Part shown: positions 13,201 to 26,110 of the stretch, piece by piece | How positions within the stretch are numbered: the stretch's first letter is position 1 | Layout of the letters: every line of letters begins with the position of its first letter | Notes under the pieces: generated by a model | The model's input: only the letters and a program-made list of their open reading frames with translations | The model's database searches: none | Told to the model about the DNA's origin: nothing | Program-made: the position numbers and the translations under genes | DNA from: Moniliella sp. 'wahieum' | Lineage: Eukaryota | Direction: 5' to 3' | Length of the DNA stretch: 64,000 nucleotides | Assembly: GCA_003971905.1 (NCBI GenBank) | Contig: RSEE01000036.1 | Span: 434,001-498,000, forward strand

Positions 13201-14068
13201 CAAACAATGCAGCGACTGACCTGTACGCCCACGGCATCATCGAGGACGATGACGACCTGTATTTTGCCAAGCGGGCCTTGGAGCAACTCAGGTCCGTTGA
13301 CCTCGGCACTTCCTGGGGTAGTGCTGAGGCCGTGAGGGAGGACGGGGAAGAGGATGGAACAAAGATGAAGAATGAGGAGGAAGAAGATGAGTTGCCTCCT
13401 CTGAGGTCCGGTCGGCTCGGTCGGAAGGCATGTTCCGTTGGCACCCACGACATAAAGCTCTGCACGAACCCGACCTCCATCACGATTCTCCTGACGGGGC
13501 CAAGGTTGCTGCTGGTGTACTGGCGAGCGCGCGGGAGGCTCGTGCGGACGGCCGTCGTTGGGTGGCCAACCTGGAGCTTCAAAAGCGGGGCTCGACAATT
13601 GATCCGGACCTCTTGACATCAATCAGCTTGGCACACGCAAAAAGCACTTCGGTTTGCGCGCTCGCCAATTCACGACTGGGGGCTGTATGCGCTCGAGTCG
13701 ATTGGCCCGGGAGATATGGTGATTGAGTATGTTGGCGAGGTGGTGCGGCACCAAGTGGCCGATGAGCGGGAGAAGGCGTACGAGCGCTCGGGTCAGTTCT
13801 CAACGTATCTATTCCGCGTCGACAATGACCTGGTCGTCGATGCGACGCGCAAGGGCAACATTGCTCGGTTGATGAACCATTGCTGCACACCCAACTGCAA
13901 CGCCAAGATCTTGACTGTCAATGGGGACAAGCGGATTGTGTTGTTTGCCAAGGATTGGATCGAGCCAGGGGACGAGATCACGTACGACTACAAGTTAGCT
14001 GCCAATGCCAATGACGAGGACGCGATTCCGTGTCTGTGTGGTCGGAAGGATGCCGTCACTTCCTATGA
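10220..14068 (+). CDS. SET1: Histone H3K4 methyltransferase Set1 (N-SET, SET, post-SET)
   Basis: Joined frames read LLDINQLGTRKK.LRFARSPIHDWGLYALE..GDMVIEYVGEVVR..YLFRVDNDLVVDATRKGNIARLMNHCCTPNCNAKI..GDEITYDYK..PCLCG(SEG)CRHFL*. Intron at 11675-11735 (GTGAGT..CTAAC..CAG). The 5' boundary is uncertain. Confidence 0.85.
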
Positions 14069-14840
14069 GATGCGATGATCCTTTCCCCCAGCCCACATGC
14101 TCCCGTTCCCTGTCCACTGCTCTGTTGGGTGTACACCCGACGGCCTGGTGCATGTAAGCAGGCCTCTGTCCTACACCCATGTACGACCCTCGGTTATCTT
14201 ATTACTGCTACTCTTCCCCTGCCCAGTTTCGGAATCAACATTGTGTGGCGCTGCGACTGGCATCAGGCAGCACGAGACGCGTGACGGGCCGTGGGAACCA
14301 TAACCACTGCGCCTCCTGCGCACCAACCTGCCCCACCGCCCCGTAGCTGTAGCCGAAGTGGCAAGTCTCTTTGGCCCGGCGGAGGTCTTCCAGTGTGGTA
14401 CAGTACTAGGGTGGTATGGCAATATAGAGGTGCCCTCAACTCGGATGCTGCCTCGGGAGTTTTCCTCGTTGAACGATGAGTCCTGCGTACGTTTGGCCAC
14501 GAGTTGGTCTGATGCGTCTGGTACGATCGCGTGTCCTGTGAACATGTCTGCCGAGTTGTAGCTGGTCGAGACGGCAGCAGATGCAGGGACGCGTGCGACG
14601 CCATCGTCCCAGGGAGTCACGTAAGGCCTAAGGCTTAGGTCGAAATACAACAGGAAGGCGTAGTAGGTGTGAAAGATTCAATTGGGATCGGTACAACTTA
14701 TTGGCCAGCCTCCGCAACTTTTTTTGCTGCAGTGACGCGTGACGCGTGACGAGACGAGGGTTGGAAGGAGCAAGAGCCAGGGAGCAACAGTAAGAAGGCA
14801 GGGACCGTCTCTCTTGCCTTCGACATCGACCAGGACCATC

Positions 14841-16620
14841 ATGACGAGCATCATCTCGTCTGTCGCCTGGATTGCCCAGGGCAAATCTGCCCAACACCCG
14901 CACCGCAACCAACCTCACCGACGATGATGAGATTGCGCGTATCTCGGCCCTGACTGGCATGCACTTCCAAGACGCCCAGGCGCAGGTAGGGAGATGAAGA
15001 AGGCGGCGGAAGGCATGGGCCAAGACGATGATGGGTGGAAGATGCGGATGGCAGCGCGACGAGGCGATGAGTGAAGAGGGATCGGCTCTGAAGGTCCTGC
15101 CAAGCCCTCTGGGGGGGAGAGGTCCAGATGGAGGACCCGGATGATTTGTGCCCGGTACCATCTCGACACGTACGACGACGAGCAGCCGCAGGCACGCTGG
15201 GTGCCTTGGGCAACATCAAGGGTCTCACCTTTTACCGTCAACAACGATGAGGACCCCTACGTGACTCTCAAGGACGATGAAGATGCTAACTCGGAGGCGT
15301 CGCGGGAGGAACTGGAATTTACCCTTCGGACAATTTGATTGTCGTGGCCAAGGCCGAAGATGAGGTGCCGCAATTGGATGCGTATGTGTATGCGCCCGAG
15401 GATGCCAATCTGTATGTTCATCACGACCTCATGCTCCCCTCCTTCCCGCTCTGTCTCGAGTGGCTCGACTTTAAGCCGGCCATTTTCTCCGACGATGGGG
15501 AGGAGCCCCAACTGTTGCCCAACGGGCAGCCGGGCGCCCAAGGGAGCTACATGGCGGTAGGCACATGGACCCAGAGATTGAAATTTGGTCCATGGATGTG
15601 GTGGAGGCGGCCTTTCCCGACGCCATTTTGGGAAGGAGGGATTTGACCAAAAACTTGGACATGCCCCTCGGTACGGGCAAGAAAAAGCGTCGTCAAAAGG
15701 CGCAGCGGGTGGCCACCGCGACCCACCATGTGGACGCTGTGCTGGGCCTGTCGTGGAACCGGGTGGCTAGGTCCATCCTTGCCTCGGTCAGTGCGGATAA
15801 GACGGTCAAGCTCTGGGATCTGACTCGCCCCACCAGTGGAAAGCATGGTTCGGCGCTGCGTTCCTACGACAATGTGCACTCGGACAAGATCCAAGCGGTG
15901 GCATGGACACCTCGGGCTGCTCGGTAGGATTGATGGGCGCCGAAGCGGCGGCAACGCTCCTGACTGGTTCGTTTGATGGATCGTTGCGAGTGTTTGACAC
16001 GCGTTCGCCAGACGCAGGTGTGTTTGCCAAGGTGGCATCGGACGTGGAGAGCGTACAATGGGACCCCTGGCACCCAACCAATTTTTGGCTTCGATGGAGA
16101 ACGGATTGGTGCAAGCGTTTGACAAGCGCAATCTCCGCACTGGCTCTGCGGCCCAGGCCAAGTCCCTCGCACCAGGCGCTGGGACAGAGGCACTGTGGAC
16201 ATTGTCTGCGCATGAGTCGGCGTGCACGTCGATCCAGATGAACCCGCGTGTGCCTGGATGTCTGTTGACGGGAGGTGCTGACCGACAGACCAAGATCTGG
16301 TCCCTGTCGGACGCTGTGGGCACAGGCAACGCTACTCCCCAGAGCATCAGCATCGTCACAAGCCGCGACTTGGATGCCGGCCCGTCTTTTCAGCCTCCTT
16401 CTCTCCCAATGACCCCATGACGATCGCCTGTGCTGGGTCCAAGGGGGTTCTACGGATTTGGGATGCACTCTCCAACGTTGGTGTGCGCAAGACGTTTGGC
16501 GATCGGTTGCAGCAAGTGCTCACTCCCCAGCAGCGTCAACGTCTCGAACAAGGCGGGGCCCAAGGCGAGATTATTAAGGTTGCGGACGAAGGCGTAGACG
16601 AGGAGGAGGACGAGGAGTAA
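14841..16620 (+). CDS. PWP1: Periodic tryptophan protein 1 (WD40, ribosome biogenesis)
   Basis: MTSIISSVAWIAQGKSAQHP; NLIVVAKAEDEVPQLDAYVYAPEDANLYVHHDLMLPSFPLCLEWLDF; DPEIEIWSMDVVEAAFPDAILG; HVDAVLGLSWNRVARSILASVSADKTVKLWDL; acidic C-terminus. Confidence 0.9.
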
Positions 16621-16763
16621 GCTTGGGATAGCTTGCTATATGGATGTTCTCCTTGTATACTAGGAGGGTGGTGTAGTAAAAATGACTAGGATAGATGCAG
16701 CGCCAATGCGTACATGACATGAGCAGGAGGAAGCATGCGGATGACTAGAAAGAAAATGTTTGT

Positions 16764-18220
16764 TCATGGGTAGCCCTTCTGCGTACCGTTGGCGCCCAGG
16801 CTGGCGAGGGAGGAGCGGCGATTGACCGTTGCACCGCCCCGTCCTGACCCGAAACGGGCTGGATGGCCATTCAGTGCCCGTCCCATTTGGGCGCCCAAAA
16901 CGCAGACGAACTGGCTGGCCCTGCTCGGCCACGGAGCGCATGAGCAATGAGGGTGCGGTACTGAAGCAGATCGTGCGAACGGGACACAAATGCCGCCGAC
17001 TGGGGACGGGCAGCCAAGGGCATACACGTCGCCCGTGGAGCCTGGGCGGAGCGACGCAATGCAGTCAAAACAGCCGATAATTCTGCGTCCACCTCGGCAT
17101 CTTTGGCCCCGAGGCAAACATGTCGGCATCAGGATCATTAGGGTCGCGTGAGCCAGGACCAAACGAGGCATTGTTCGCGCCATGTTCTCGTTCCCAAGCG
17201 TCGGCGTCAGCCTGGACCTGGGCGGCTGCTTTGGCTGCTGCTGCCGCTGCCGCTTGTTTCTGCCTTCTTCTGCTTTTTCTTCAACGCCTTCTCTGCCGCC
17301 GCGGCAGCACGGGCTGCAGTGGCAGCGCGCTGCAGCACGCTCCTTCTCCTCCTGCTTGGCCGCAAATGCGGGGTTGGTGGCTTTTTGCCAATTGAGCAAG
17401 AGTTCGTCATAAGGCGCACTTCGCCCCGGTACAGCTCGTTTGGCCCCATGCTATGCGACTTGCACGTCAAGCTGCGCAAACAGGGGCCCTTGTCTCCAAT
17501 CACACCACAATGCCGGTCCACGTCCACAGGCCTGAGCGTAAACAGAGCGAGGTAAGTTTATACTGAATACTGAGCAATTGGGGAGAAAGCCACGCACCCT
17601 TGTGGGCTCGGACAGGGAGCGCTTTGGTTTTCTTAGAAGATTTGTCATCTCCGTTTGCCTCTAGCTTGCGCTTCTTGGTTGGCGTACCGGAGAAGAGAGG
17701 CTTGTCGTCCTCGTCCTCGTCCGTGGCAACGTCGGCTGCATCGAAGAGGTCAGCCTATACCACAAAAGATCATGGGGAAGCAACCTACGGAGTTCGACTT
17801 TGGGAACGATTGCTTCAAGCACTGAACTGGGCGTCTTGGCTTCCTTGATGTCCAGTACAAGGCGGCAGTTTTCTGTGCGAACAAGGTGGGTCAGGCATGC
17901 TGGGCACAGGCATCGAGGAAGACAAGATACGAACTCTGATGAAAAGAAGTGGCTTCAGGCAGCATAAGACGGGAGCAGGTTGGACATCGGAGCACGGCCG
18001 TCTCGTCGTCCAACGCCGTCGGCCCAAAGTCGGCTACGTCTTGTTCATGCGTGTCCCAGCCAGGCAGTTCGGGAGGGCTGGGGGAGGCGTCTGGGGCACA
18101 AACGGGGGGGGAGGGAAAGGGGGAACACAGGGCCAGCCGTCAGTGGAGCAGCGCAGACCAAGGGAAACACACACCATACTGGACAGCGTCAAAGATATCC
18201 GACCAGGACGGCAGCGACAT
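16764..18220 (-). CDS. SGF73: SAGA deubiquitination-module subunit Sgf73 / ataxin-7 homologue
   Basis: SCA7 domain PVDVDRHCGVIGDKGPCLRSLTCKSHSMG..YDELLLNWQK. N-terminal zinc finger LRCPTCSRLMLPEATSFHQ/ENC is split by an intron. Several short introns. The 3' end is uncertain. Confidence 0.85.
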
Positions 18221-19342
18221 GGCGGAGGCGTGGCGCGAACGAGGTCGGATCGGGACAGACGGCGATTGGGTAACGAACTCATTAGTGGCGACGAGCAAGG
18301 CGTCTGGGATGCTAGGCCTTAGGTAAGACGATCCCAGATTGCAGGCTCCAGCAGCTGCCGCGTGCAGATTGCAACATTGCAATTCCTGTTTATCGCGCAG
18401 GCTCACTAGCGCTCATTAGCCTCCTCTGCCACCACCACCTACTAGGTGGGCACCGTCGGTCGGTGTAAGTCACTACCACAGCAAATCTGCTGGTAGGTCG
18501 GTCTGGCGCTCCATCGTTGAGAAGGGTCCTCCCGCCCCCAGTGCCTCCCTCAACCGTCGATCCTTCTTCCATTTCTACCCACTCCCGCATGGACGACAGA
18601 CATGTTTCCCTCGCAAAAAGACTCGAGCCTGGACCAGAGCCAGATCCATCTGTTGTAAGCGGCCGAGGTCATTGGCCCCAGTATAGCGGTATTGGCATTT
18701 TAGTCAGTCTCGCACCTGTATTATCAAGGAGTGCAATCTGTTCCCACCCCCATTGCCGCCCGTACGTTGTATCTTTCTTTCATCAAGCACTTCCTACTAG
18801 GATTCTTGCCGCTTCATCCAACCAGCAGCTGAGCCACAAATCAGACATCGACCTGCGTACGTGCCAAGACTGCATTCGTCGCAGGTATGCGCGGCATCCG
18901 AGGGGCGAACCAACAAATGGCAAAATGGGGCACCTGCCGTCGCACTTTTTCGTACAACCGCGCCTAATTGATACCGCGGCCATCTTGCGTCACATGACCA
19001 GGTCGGGATTGTGTCTGCCGTGCAGAAACCGGATCACTATACAGCTGGGCCAGGAGTACACAATGAAGAGGCCCGTACTTGAACATGGCGCGGAATGAGT
19101 GCGATAGAGTCGGCGACGGAGTAAATCCAGTGAAGCAATAAATGCCCCCTTCGACGTATATACTCTTGGCCAAACGTAAATGATGCAGCTGGCGCATGCA
19201 TTAAAGTGACAGGACAATTCCGCGGGCGGAACAGGTGCCGCCGTCGCTGCCATTCCACAGAAGGGCTCCCTTGCGCCATTCAACCTTTTTACATCTACCA
19301 TCGCTTCGCCTTTTCTTCGCGTGAGCAGCACCACTTGCAGGC

Positions 19343-19619
19343 ATGTCGCGGGGGAACCAGCGTGAGAAGGACCGTGCCAAGGCCCAAAAGAAGGCAGCAG
19401 ATGCCAACAAGGGCAAGCCGAAGCAATCTGCTACCTCGCTTGCCCAGCGCCGCGAACAGGATGCCGAAATTGTTCGCCAAAAGATGGCGGTATGTGCATC
19501 CGTTGCTCCTCTGCCCTTCTGGTTTTCGTTCTGACTCGTGCTTTCTTTGTAATCAGGCGAAGGCTGCACGACTTGCGGAGGGCGGAGACGACTCGCAAAA
19601 CAAAAAGAAGGGCAAGTAA
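19343..19619 (+). CDS. SERF/4F5 family small protein
   Basis: MSRGNQREKDRAKAQKK..SLAQRREQDAEIVRQKMA | AKAARLAEGGDDSQNKKKGK*. Intron at 19490-19556 (GTATGT..CTGAC..CAG). Confidence 0.9.
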
Positions 19620-20932
19620 AGGCGGACGCGTGGGGCCTGCGCTAGCTATCTGGCGGGCTCCATTACACCTCTTTTCGGTCAAGCTATGGTGGCGGCACAT
19701 CACAATGCACCTGTGCCAGCTCCCTTTACGTTTAGAGCTTTTGAGCTTTGTTAACGGAATCCATGATTCGCAACGGGGGATCTGCAGTAAGCTGCAAGAC
19801 GGCATGACTGGCGACCTGGTAGGCACGTTCAACTCGGAGATTCAACTCGGATTTATAGACGCCTCTGCATCCGCATGTGGACACCAACTCCTCAAACACA
19901 TGCCACATACCTCTTGACGTTTGAATATTGACGAGAATGCATCCGCATCCTTTGGGCAGGGCGGCGGGATAGGCGGCGGGATAGACGGCGGGATTGGGGA
20001 GCCGGCGGTGCTGATCTGAAGCCTGGCATGTCTCCTAGGACAGTGGCAGGACAGCTTGTTCCATCGCCTATTGTTCGCTCAAGCTTCGAGCTTCAAGCGG
20101 GAAACAAAGGGGGAAGGCAGGGGAGCCGCGGGAAGCCGCAGGGTTGCGACACCATCATGCAGCGTGGATCAGAGGATGGATGACATGATCGGTGTGCTCA
20201 AATTGCTCCAAGCTGCTGAGCCTCAGCGCTGAGCCGCTGAGGCTGGAAGGCCAGGAGTGGATTTCAATATTGAAGCAGCAGCATGATTCGTTGTCACGTG
20301 TCGGTCTTTGAAATCGGAAAACAAAGGCTCGCCGCCTCCGAAGGGCAGGCGTGGCCGGTGGGGGGGGGGAATGCTCGCATAATCGACAGGTGGGACGTTG
20401 GATGTTCGTGCGTGGGCTTCTGCATAGTGTACCCTCCGGGAATGCTGGCGGGGGGCGAGACGCCGAGAAGCCGCTGGGCGTAGTAGGGGCACTGGGAGGG
20501 AGGCTGGGCGTACATACAGGTGTTTGGATGGCTGTGTTATAGGTGGGTGTCTCTGCCAGGAGGCTGATCCCGCCGATCAGCGATCCATTGTCACCGACCA
20601 GCAGGGTCCACCCAGGGTGCTGCTGCAGCGGGCAGGCGCAGAGAGGCAGGAACGCAAGCCTGAAAGACATGATGCACAGACGATCTACCTACGCAGACGT
20701 CGCTGGGGCTGGCATATATCTGTCCGCATCAGCCCCTCTTCCGCCCCACGCCAACCCCCCCACTTGCATCCCTCGCGCCGCTCCGTCCGAGCGCTGGCCG
20801 CCTGCACCTTCTCGTGCTTCACCCCTTTCGACACCACACCTTCTTTGCCCCCCCACACTCTCTTTCTATTGCCAACAGCAGCACACACCTGTTGTGGCCA
20901 ACAGCGGCTTGTTTTGCAGCGCCACATACAAA

Positions 20933-23525
20933 ATGCGCACATTCGCCATCATGACCCCCGCCATTGGTGGTGGCCTTCACCATCCTCTTCGCCCCTGGCC
21001 CAGCCCATAGCGCTGCCTTGCCCCATCACGTCCCACATTCCTCCGTGGCTGCCTCCTCATCAGCCTCTCGCCTCAACCCAATCCGCCCCACCACCGCCTT
21101 CGCCGCACGCGCCCTCTGTGAAATGCTGCCCCTCCAGCTCCAAGCTGCGGCCTCACCTGCTTCGTTGAATGTTGAGTCGGCCTTTTCCCACTGGTACGAT
21201 GCTGGCTCGCATCCATCCCTCGAGCTCCTCACCAGTACCTACCCCAGTGGATGGATCCCAGACGACGTGGACCCCAACACCATTCTCCCAGGCGTGGGTC
21301 CCGACATTGACCTTACCGCCGAGGCTGGGTATGGTCGCAACGGCCAAAACCTCAACGTGACTAACCATGGTCCTCTGGGTGGTCTGCCTTCGTTCTGTCG
21401 GTACGTACATGATATGGACGAGAAAAAATGTGTTGTTATTACTTTGCGGCTCTCAACTGACGATCCTTTCTGCTCTATAGGTTGGGCGCCAACATTCGCA
21501 CTTCTCAGTCGACCACGGTACTGTCGGAAGTATGGCTCCCCCTGGCCGACGGTTTTGCCTATGGCCATTCCAGTGGGAATCAAGGCTTCTACCCCTTGGC
21601 TCCCATCAACACGTCTGACTACCCCACCGACTCTACGCCCATCGAGTTTGCCGTGGATAAGGCGACATTTTTGCGTCCGAATTGGGAAAGTCTGTATGGG
21701 AATCGCACCGTGTACGACCAAGATGACCCCGCAACCACGTTTCAGTACAACAAGAGCCCGCCCAACCAAGAATCCATTCCCAGCAGCCTGGTCCGTGGCA
21801 GCATTAAGAACGCGTGGGCGAACATTGAGCAACTAATGAACGGACAAGCGGAACGGAAGAGGAACGTGCATGCTCGCCACTCTACCTCTCGCTCCCCCTC
21901 GCGACCCCCAGTTTGACTGGAGACAAGGTGTTGGCAACGGCGAATCGACGGCTTGGAATGGGAGGATCCTGTTCTTGGCCAATGGCGGACAACGGGGGTG
22001 GGTGCCATGGCCCGATATGGCCCAAACTCTCTCGTCACCGCTTTGTTACCGCCGGTACGACCACCGGGCACTTTTCCAACACCAATGGCGTTACTTGGAT
22101 GACTGGCTCCTCTCAGCATCGGGAAGAATTGGCAAAGGACTGGACTTCTCGTGCTTCGCACGTCACCATCGAATTGGCTCGGGCCAGTGTAGATTACTTT
22201 TACGGGTCACGGGCTGGTGTAAGGGGCGGGACTTCCCCCTCGAAGCCGGCACACCCCAAAGTCAACGTGTACGCACCTATTTTGCCGATGCAGTGTGGGA
22301 GGTCGCAACGCGCTTGCTTCGGCCCAGGTGTACCCAGGAGACGTGGATGGCATCTATGCTGGATCACCCGCCTATTCATTCAATCGGATGAACGCCGGTC
22401 AGATTCATGTGAAATCTGTGTTTCATCAAGCGTTTGCCGGCCAGGCAACCATTCATATGCCTAAGGTTTGGGCCGCGCTGCACGCTACAGTACTCAAGCA
22501 ATGCGGAAACGACGAGGGCATAGTCGTTGATGAGCTTTGCGCTCAACACACCCTGACCTTAAGAAGGATCTGCTGTGCGCTTCCAACGGTACCTCTTACC
22601 CCTCATCGCTGTTTGGACAAGACCCCGACCAGTGCCTCACCTTGGCCCAGGTGACCAATCTTGAACGCCTCTTTCAGCCAGCTGTGGTACCATCTATCAG
22701 CCAGGGTAAAAACGTGACAGTCTATCCGGCCTATCTGCCTGGGAGTGAGCGTGCTGTGGCCACAGCGACGGGCTCAGCAGCCAAGGCCATCCATTGGTTC
22801 GAACTCGCCGTGTTTGAGTGGGCCAAGCAGGATCAGTATCCCTGGGACGCCTACGCCAATCTGACGTGGGAAGACGTGGAGATGGGTCAGAAGAAAAATG
22901 TGGGAGGAAGCAATGCGGATGTTCAAGTAAGTGTCCCTCTGGTCGGACCCTCTCCTGTTTGTTTGGCGATGCTCGAATCTTAACACCTTTGGCGTTGAAC
23001 GTGTCTCATCAGGACTTGACCCCTTTCTTTGCGGACAAACATCGCAAGTTGATTATGACTCACGGTCTTGCCGATCTAACCATCTCCCCGCTCGCGTCGC
23101 GCGAGTACTTTGAGGGCGTCCATGCCCATTCAACCCACCCATCCGGCGACGTTTCCAAAAGCTACCGGTACTTTGAGGTGCCTGGTATGTTACACTGTCG
23201 CGATGGCGATGGTGCTTGGCACTTTGGCTCGCCCACCCAGAACGATCCGGGCAACCGTCCACTACGGTGGGACACAGAGCACGACGTGCTCCTTCGGCTT
23301 GTGGCGTGGGCGGAAAAGGGCAGCAAGTACTTGCCGCACTATCAAGTGGCGGCGGGCTATGCCACGCTCGCTGGTCAGACGGCAGGATCCCCGCCGACGT
23401 GGTACGAGCGCTACTCGTGGGGGGTGCGCCTGACGCGCAAACTGTGCCCCTATCCACAACGGGCCACGCACCATAGCGGCCCCACAACGGGCAAGCATTC
23501 CCACCAGAGCTACTCCTGCGCTTGA
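20933..23525 (+). CDS. Secreted tannase / feruloyl esterase family hydrolase
   Basis: Hydrophobic N-terminus; LPSFCR; EVWLP; WNGRILFLANGG; (G)CSVGGR nucleophile motif near 22288; HGLADLTISP; VPGMLHCRDG; TRKLCPYPQRA. Introns at 21401-21480 and 22927-23012. Confidence 0.9.
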
Positions 23526-26110
23526 GAAACGGTCGGTTTGGTGTATCTCGCCGCTCTCGGGGGCTGTTGGGCAATGGGCCTCACTTGAATTTCCTTGGTT
23601 TCATCGCTGCGTCACCTCAACCCTCAACAGTTAACTTAACCTCCGGGGAACGATACATTCTGGATCACTAGGTTCACTCTCTTCTTTGGGCTCCCTTCCC
23701 CCCCCCTGGCCCACACCACACGGTGTTTAGACTATCGTTTGATATATCCTGCCTGAGCTCCTCGTCGTTACGGTCCCGTAGTTCTCGCACGCTTCACGCA
23801 AAACAAGATACGTCCTTCTCATTCATTGACAGTAAGTACAGTAAGTGTTATATGGCTGGTGACGTCACCCATAAGGCCTCTTGGCGCGGGTAGCGCGTGA
23901 GATTCCAGTGTGCCGTCATGACCGGCAAGGTATCCTCAAGGTCATCCGTTCAAATCGGGTAGGGGTCATTAAGTTTTTTTAGGAAAGTGGTCGATTGGGG
24001 CACCCTCTGCTGCCAACACGCTGAAATCCCCATGGGTAGTACTTTTAGCAAGGCATTTGGGGCGTTGTCCGGTCCAGTTTCGTGAAGTAAGTGGGGAAAA
24101 AAGGAGGGTGATGAGAAGAGAAAACCCCACACATAGACGAAGCGTCCGTCTGGAAAACGTAGTATTGCGCCTCATAATAGAAGCAACACGAACACCAAAC
24201 CGTTCCAGCCCAAGTTGTGGGCCCATCACCTGCTTTTTGGAAGGAACATGCCAAAGTCACTTGTGTCCCAGAGGGACTCGCGCCTCGTCTGGTAAAGGTA
24301 TAGGTACACTACCGACCCCTTTCTGACATCCATGACTATCATGACGATCATGACTGTCATAGTTTGAGGACCTTTACTTTGATGTCATAGACATCAAGTA
24401 AATAACGCAGGTGTTCTCGAAGACGGGGACGGTAGTGATGTCCATGATGTCAGATACGAAATGGATGTTAGTTAACACGGACGAGACGCAGCTGTTGTCA
24501 TATATATCCAGGGTGGCACGTTCTAGGATCCAATCGCGCTTTGACCGTGTGGTAAAGAGAGAGATTACACGTAGTGGTGCCCGGCACAGGGCGTTACTGG
24601 ACGACACCTGGTCGACCACAGTAACTCTGCAACCCACCGGCGCCAGGGGAAGGAGTAAATAAAGTCCGTGACTGTCATAGTTTGGCTGATCTCGCTCCTA
24701 TTTCCAATTTTTCGTCTCGAGCGTCTCGCTCCTTCCCTGTTCCTTCCACTTCGCACCACTGGGGTCACGGGGGTTGTCGTGGGTCGAGGACATCTCTGGT
24801 CGGGCTCGCCTGTTGACGGTTAGAAGAACGATAGTGTCACAGTGACGGCAACCTATAATCGCAGTCCCAACCTGGAGGGAAAATGATGTGGCCCGCGACG
24901 GGCTTCAATGAGGGAGCATATTGCTGACCAGAAGACCGGCCACACAAGCGGATCCTGGTGTGTGTTCGGTCACAGTTTTGGACCTTCCTCCTTTGCATGA
25001 GGGAAGCGACGTTTAGGGCAGGGGGGTGTTAATGCTGTTGCTGGCAAAGAGAGAGTCTCACCGGCAGGACGCGAGATAGCTCCCCAAGCAAAGGTGACCG
25101 AGAGTCCCTGGCATAGGACAAAGGAAGCAGCGCTAACGAGTCGAAAGTGCAAGAGCATCAGCCAACAGCGATGTGCGACGAGCTCAGGCAGGTATATGCA
25201 TCCCATGCGCAAGTATCGAGAGAAATCAAAAGGAGCTGGTAGGAAAGCAAAAAGGCACGGTGGGTGATCAACACTTCTTTTGGTCGGGAGAGAGTCTCAG
25301 TGTTTTGGGTGTGGTCCTGTTGGGCGTGCAGAGGTAGCCGCGGAGGAGAGCGCAAACAACGGGGGTTACCACTGATGGTAGTTGGAACGTCATACCTGAT
25401 TGCCAGAATATGAGTGGTGGCGCTGGCTAGAAGAGCCAGGTGGTTGGTAAGCGATGCTGGATGCTGGATGGCCTCCTCGATGCTCGAAGCGCTCGGGGGA
25501 TGGATGGACGAGTGGAGATGGCATGTCGAGGGCGCTGACGAAACCAGATGAACGGGACACAGCGCAGGCGGGATGATCGATGATCAGCATCATGCATCTT
25601 GCGGCGGCGGCCGAGCAACGCACGCGGGAAGCGGCGTGGGGCGGCAGGGGGGGCATGTCACCTTGTCAGAGCGCAGCTTCAGATCCCAATCCCAGAGACG
25701 CAATCAGCATGACAGCCATGAAGATGACGGATGCAGTGATTAGTGACGCACACCGCCGCGCTCCGCCGTGCTCAGCCGGGCTGGCCCCCGTGTCGCCCAT
25801 CCAGCCGCCGCTTCAAACCACCCCGACACACCCCTGCCTTGTCATCGTCATCGCTCCTCGCGGTCTTGTCGTGTTCCTGTCCTTGCATCCCCGCCCCCGC
25901 CCCCGCGCGCGCCTCGCCCGCCTCCCTCTCCCCACCACCACATGCCCTCTGCGCCATACCCCCCCTCCCAACGCCCGCCCAGTGCCCCCCCTCCCGCCTC
26001 CCGCCCAGCGGCCCCCCCCACGCCGCCCGCACCTCCTTCACTCTGCGACCAGCTCTCACTCCTTCGCCGCCGAACGCTCACACAGCCCGCCGTCTCCTTC
26101 TCCACCTCCA

